A stretch of 64,000 bases of DNA from Pseudomonadota bacterium (GTDB lineage: Bacteria > Pseudomonadota > Gammaproteobacteria > Pseudomonadales > Pseudohongiellaceae): positions 1,497 to 65,496 of the forward strand of contig JBEGWB010000155.1 in assembly GCA_041178065.1 (NCBI GenBank), given 5' to 3'. The translations under genes and the position numbers were made by a program. Below the pieces are notes generated by a model that had not been told where the DNA came from, ran no database searches, and saw only the letters and a program-made list of their open reading frames with translations. Below, in pieces: positions 62,870-64,000 of this stretch. Numbering within the stretch: the stretch's first letter is position 1; each line of letters starts with the position of its first letter.

Positions 62870-63334
62870 CTAGTAGTAATATTCCTCATAACCCGGCAGC
62901 AGCGAGTAGCGCGAGTTCAGGAAGGCGACGATGTCGACGAGCTCGGTCACTTTCATGTCCAGCGTCAGATACATTGGCGACAGTTCGGCACTCGTGCGGC
63001 GCGCCGGAGGCAACTGATCGACGTATGCTTCGGCAAGCTCATGGTTGGGATTGATGATCGACGTGACGAGGTCGCCGTAGGTCTTTGCGAAGATCAGCTC
63101 GCCGCCCAGCGGTATCGACAGGAAGGGCGTGCCCTTGTAGTCGGCGAAATCAACGCCAGCCACGGCGTGGCATTGCGGACAGTTGAGGCGGACGAATGCC
63201 TCGCGTCCTTTCTCGATGTTGCCGCGCTCGATCGGAAAGCGAAAATCGGTCGTGTAGTCCGGGTAGCTGCGACATGCGGATAGAGCCGTCAGGCCAATCA
63301 GGGCCAGGCCTAGCAGGGGAAGGGTTGTTTTCAT
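62870..63334 (-). CDS. Lipoprotein c-type cytochrome
   Basis: Lipobox LTALSAC. Haem motif CPQCH. 154 aa. Confidence 0.6.
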   Translation of the reverse strand: MKTTLPLLGLALIGLTALSACRSYPDYTTDFRFPIERGNIEKGREAFVRLNCPQCHAVAGVDFADYKGTPFLSIPLGGELIFAKTYGDLVTSIINPNHELAEAYVDQLPPARRTSAELSPMYLTLDMKVTELVDIVAFLNSRYSLLPGYEEYYY

Positions 63335-63503
63335 CGGGGCGTACTCCTCACATCAGTATGTGGGGAAAATTACCACGGGCAGCGACTGGCCTATTGACGT
63401 GGATCAGAACCCGAGCCGGAACTCTGCGCTGGGCACTGCGGCTCGGCACCCGCGTGCTCGGGCCCTTTGACTCGACCCGCCGGCAGGTCAAAGTCGAGGT
63501 GGC

Positions 63504-64000
63504 TCAGCGCTTGCGTTTCAGCAGCCGTATCATTTCGCGCGCGTTTTTGACGGCGTAGCCGTCGTTGTCGTTGTTGAAGTAGATCCACACCCGTTTTGCG
63601 CCACTTTGGTGGATGCGTTCGACCCACTCACTCAGTTCCGCCTTCGTGTAGTCGTGCCGATACCAGCGTTTCAGGCCATGAAAACGTATATAGAGCTCGT
63701 CGGAGCTTTTTACGAGCGTGTCCGGAAGCCGTGGACCGCTGCAGCTGCAGAAGATGGCGCCGGCCTTGCGAAAGGCCTTGTACACGTCGTCATTCCACCA
63801 GCTCTTGTGGCGAAACTCGACGACATTGCGTCGCAGTGGGTCCAGCTGCTCCAGGATCCTTTTCAAACGCGCCGGGCTGTACCTGAAACTCGGCGGCAAC
63901 TGAAACAGGAAACAACCCATGTGCGGGCAAAGCAGGTCGGCGATATAGCCGAAATCCCGGATCAGTGTTTTCGCGCCTGTGAAGCGTTTTACATGCGTGA
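63504..64000 (-). CDS. DUF72 family protein (5' end beyond window)
   Basis: FLFQLPPSF...FRHKSWW...LYIRFHG...Y.Y...EL..W pattern. The reading frame stays open upstream of Met 63920 to the window edge. Confidence 0.7.
   Translation of the reverse strand, partial: THVKRFTGAKTLIRDFGYIADLLCPHMGCFLFQLPPSFRYSPARLKRILEQLDPLRRNVVEFRHKSWWNDDVYKAFRKAGAIFCSCSGPRLPDTLVKSSDELYIRFHGLKRWYRHDYTKAELSEWVERIHQSGAKRVWIYFNNDNDGYAVKNAREMIRLLKRKR

Overview
High-GC chromosomal segment of a Gram-negative bacterium. It is probably a gammaproteobacterium, because the gene order rnr-rlmB-rpsF-rpsR-membrane ORF-rplI-dnaB-alr matches what I recall for Pseudomonas. I support about 50 protein genes and one tRNA-Leu(CAG). 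I see no rRNA, CRISPR array, transposase or integrase.

Left to right:
1. TonB-dependent receptor (partial), secreted PHP hydrolase and Tat-exported phospholipase C.
2. Two secreted proteins of unknown function, one an internal tandem duplication and one small protein whose mature N-terminus is predicted to be His-His. An IorAB-like molybdoenzyme follows on the opposite strand.
3. An oxidative-stress cluster: sodB, fumC, orf, sodC, orf, katE.
4. A nitrate-assimilation locus. nirBD, an NNP transporter and a PP2C/Ser-Thr-kinase fusion are divergent from a NasA/NarB-type nitrate reductase. That reductase is paired with a fused DmsB-DmsC iron-sulfur/membrane-anchor protein.
5. A second TonB receptor, a TPR-GGDEF plus HDOD pair, a split spermidine-synthase-like pair, SPFH/NfeD, queG, DUF1348 and an AraC-MGMT fusion.
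6. A six-gene minus-strand operon: histidine kinase, Hpt-REC-REC, HEAT-repeat membrane protein, processive GT2 synthase, TPR/YaiO-like porin. A divergent CheY-like gene sits upstream. This looks like an uncharacterised synthase-dependent exopolysaccharide system.
7. A DnaT-like triple-repeat protein, radA, alr, dnaB, a membrane-tethered winged-helix regulator, ribosomal protein genes, rlmB, rnr and tRNA-Leu.
8. An AT-richer tail with DUF2878, two c-type cytochromes and a partial DUF72 gene.

Non-genic structure: four perfect-period 18-bp tandem repeats upstream of sodC, each carrying an in-frame ATG (a GAGG Shine-Dalgarno in the two proximal copies, GAGA in the two distal ones). Two intergenic hairpin repeat families share the core CTCTGACCCC. 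There is also a pair of divergent sigma-54-like promoters in the nas intergenic region.

The best candidates for something new are the DmsBC-linked assimilatory-type nitrate reductase and the phosphorelay-coupled HEAT/GT2/YaiO polysaccharide module. All functional calls rest on motif recognition by eye. No database search was run.
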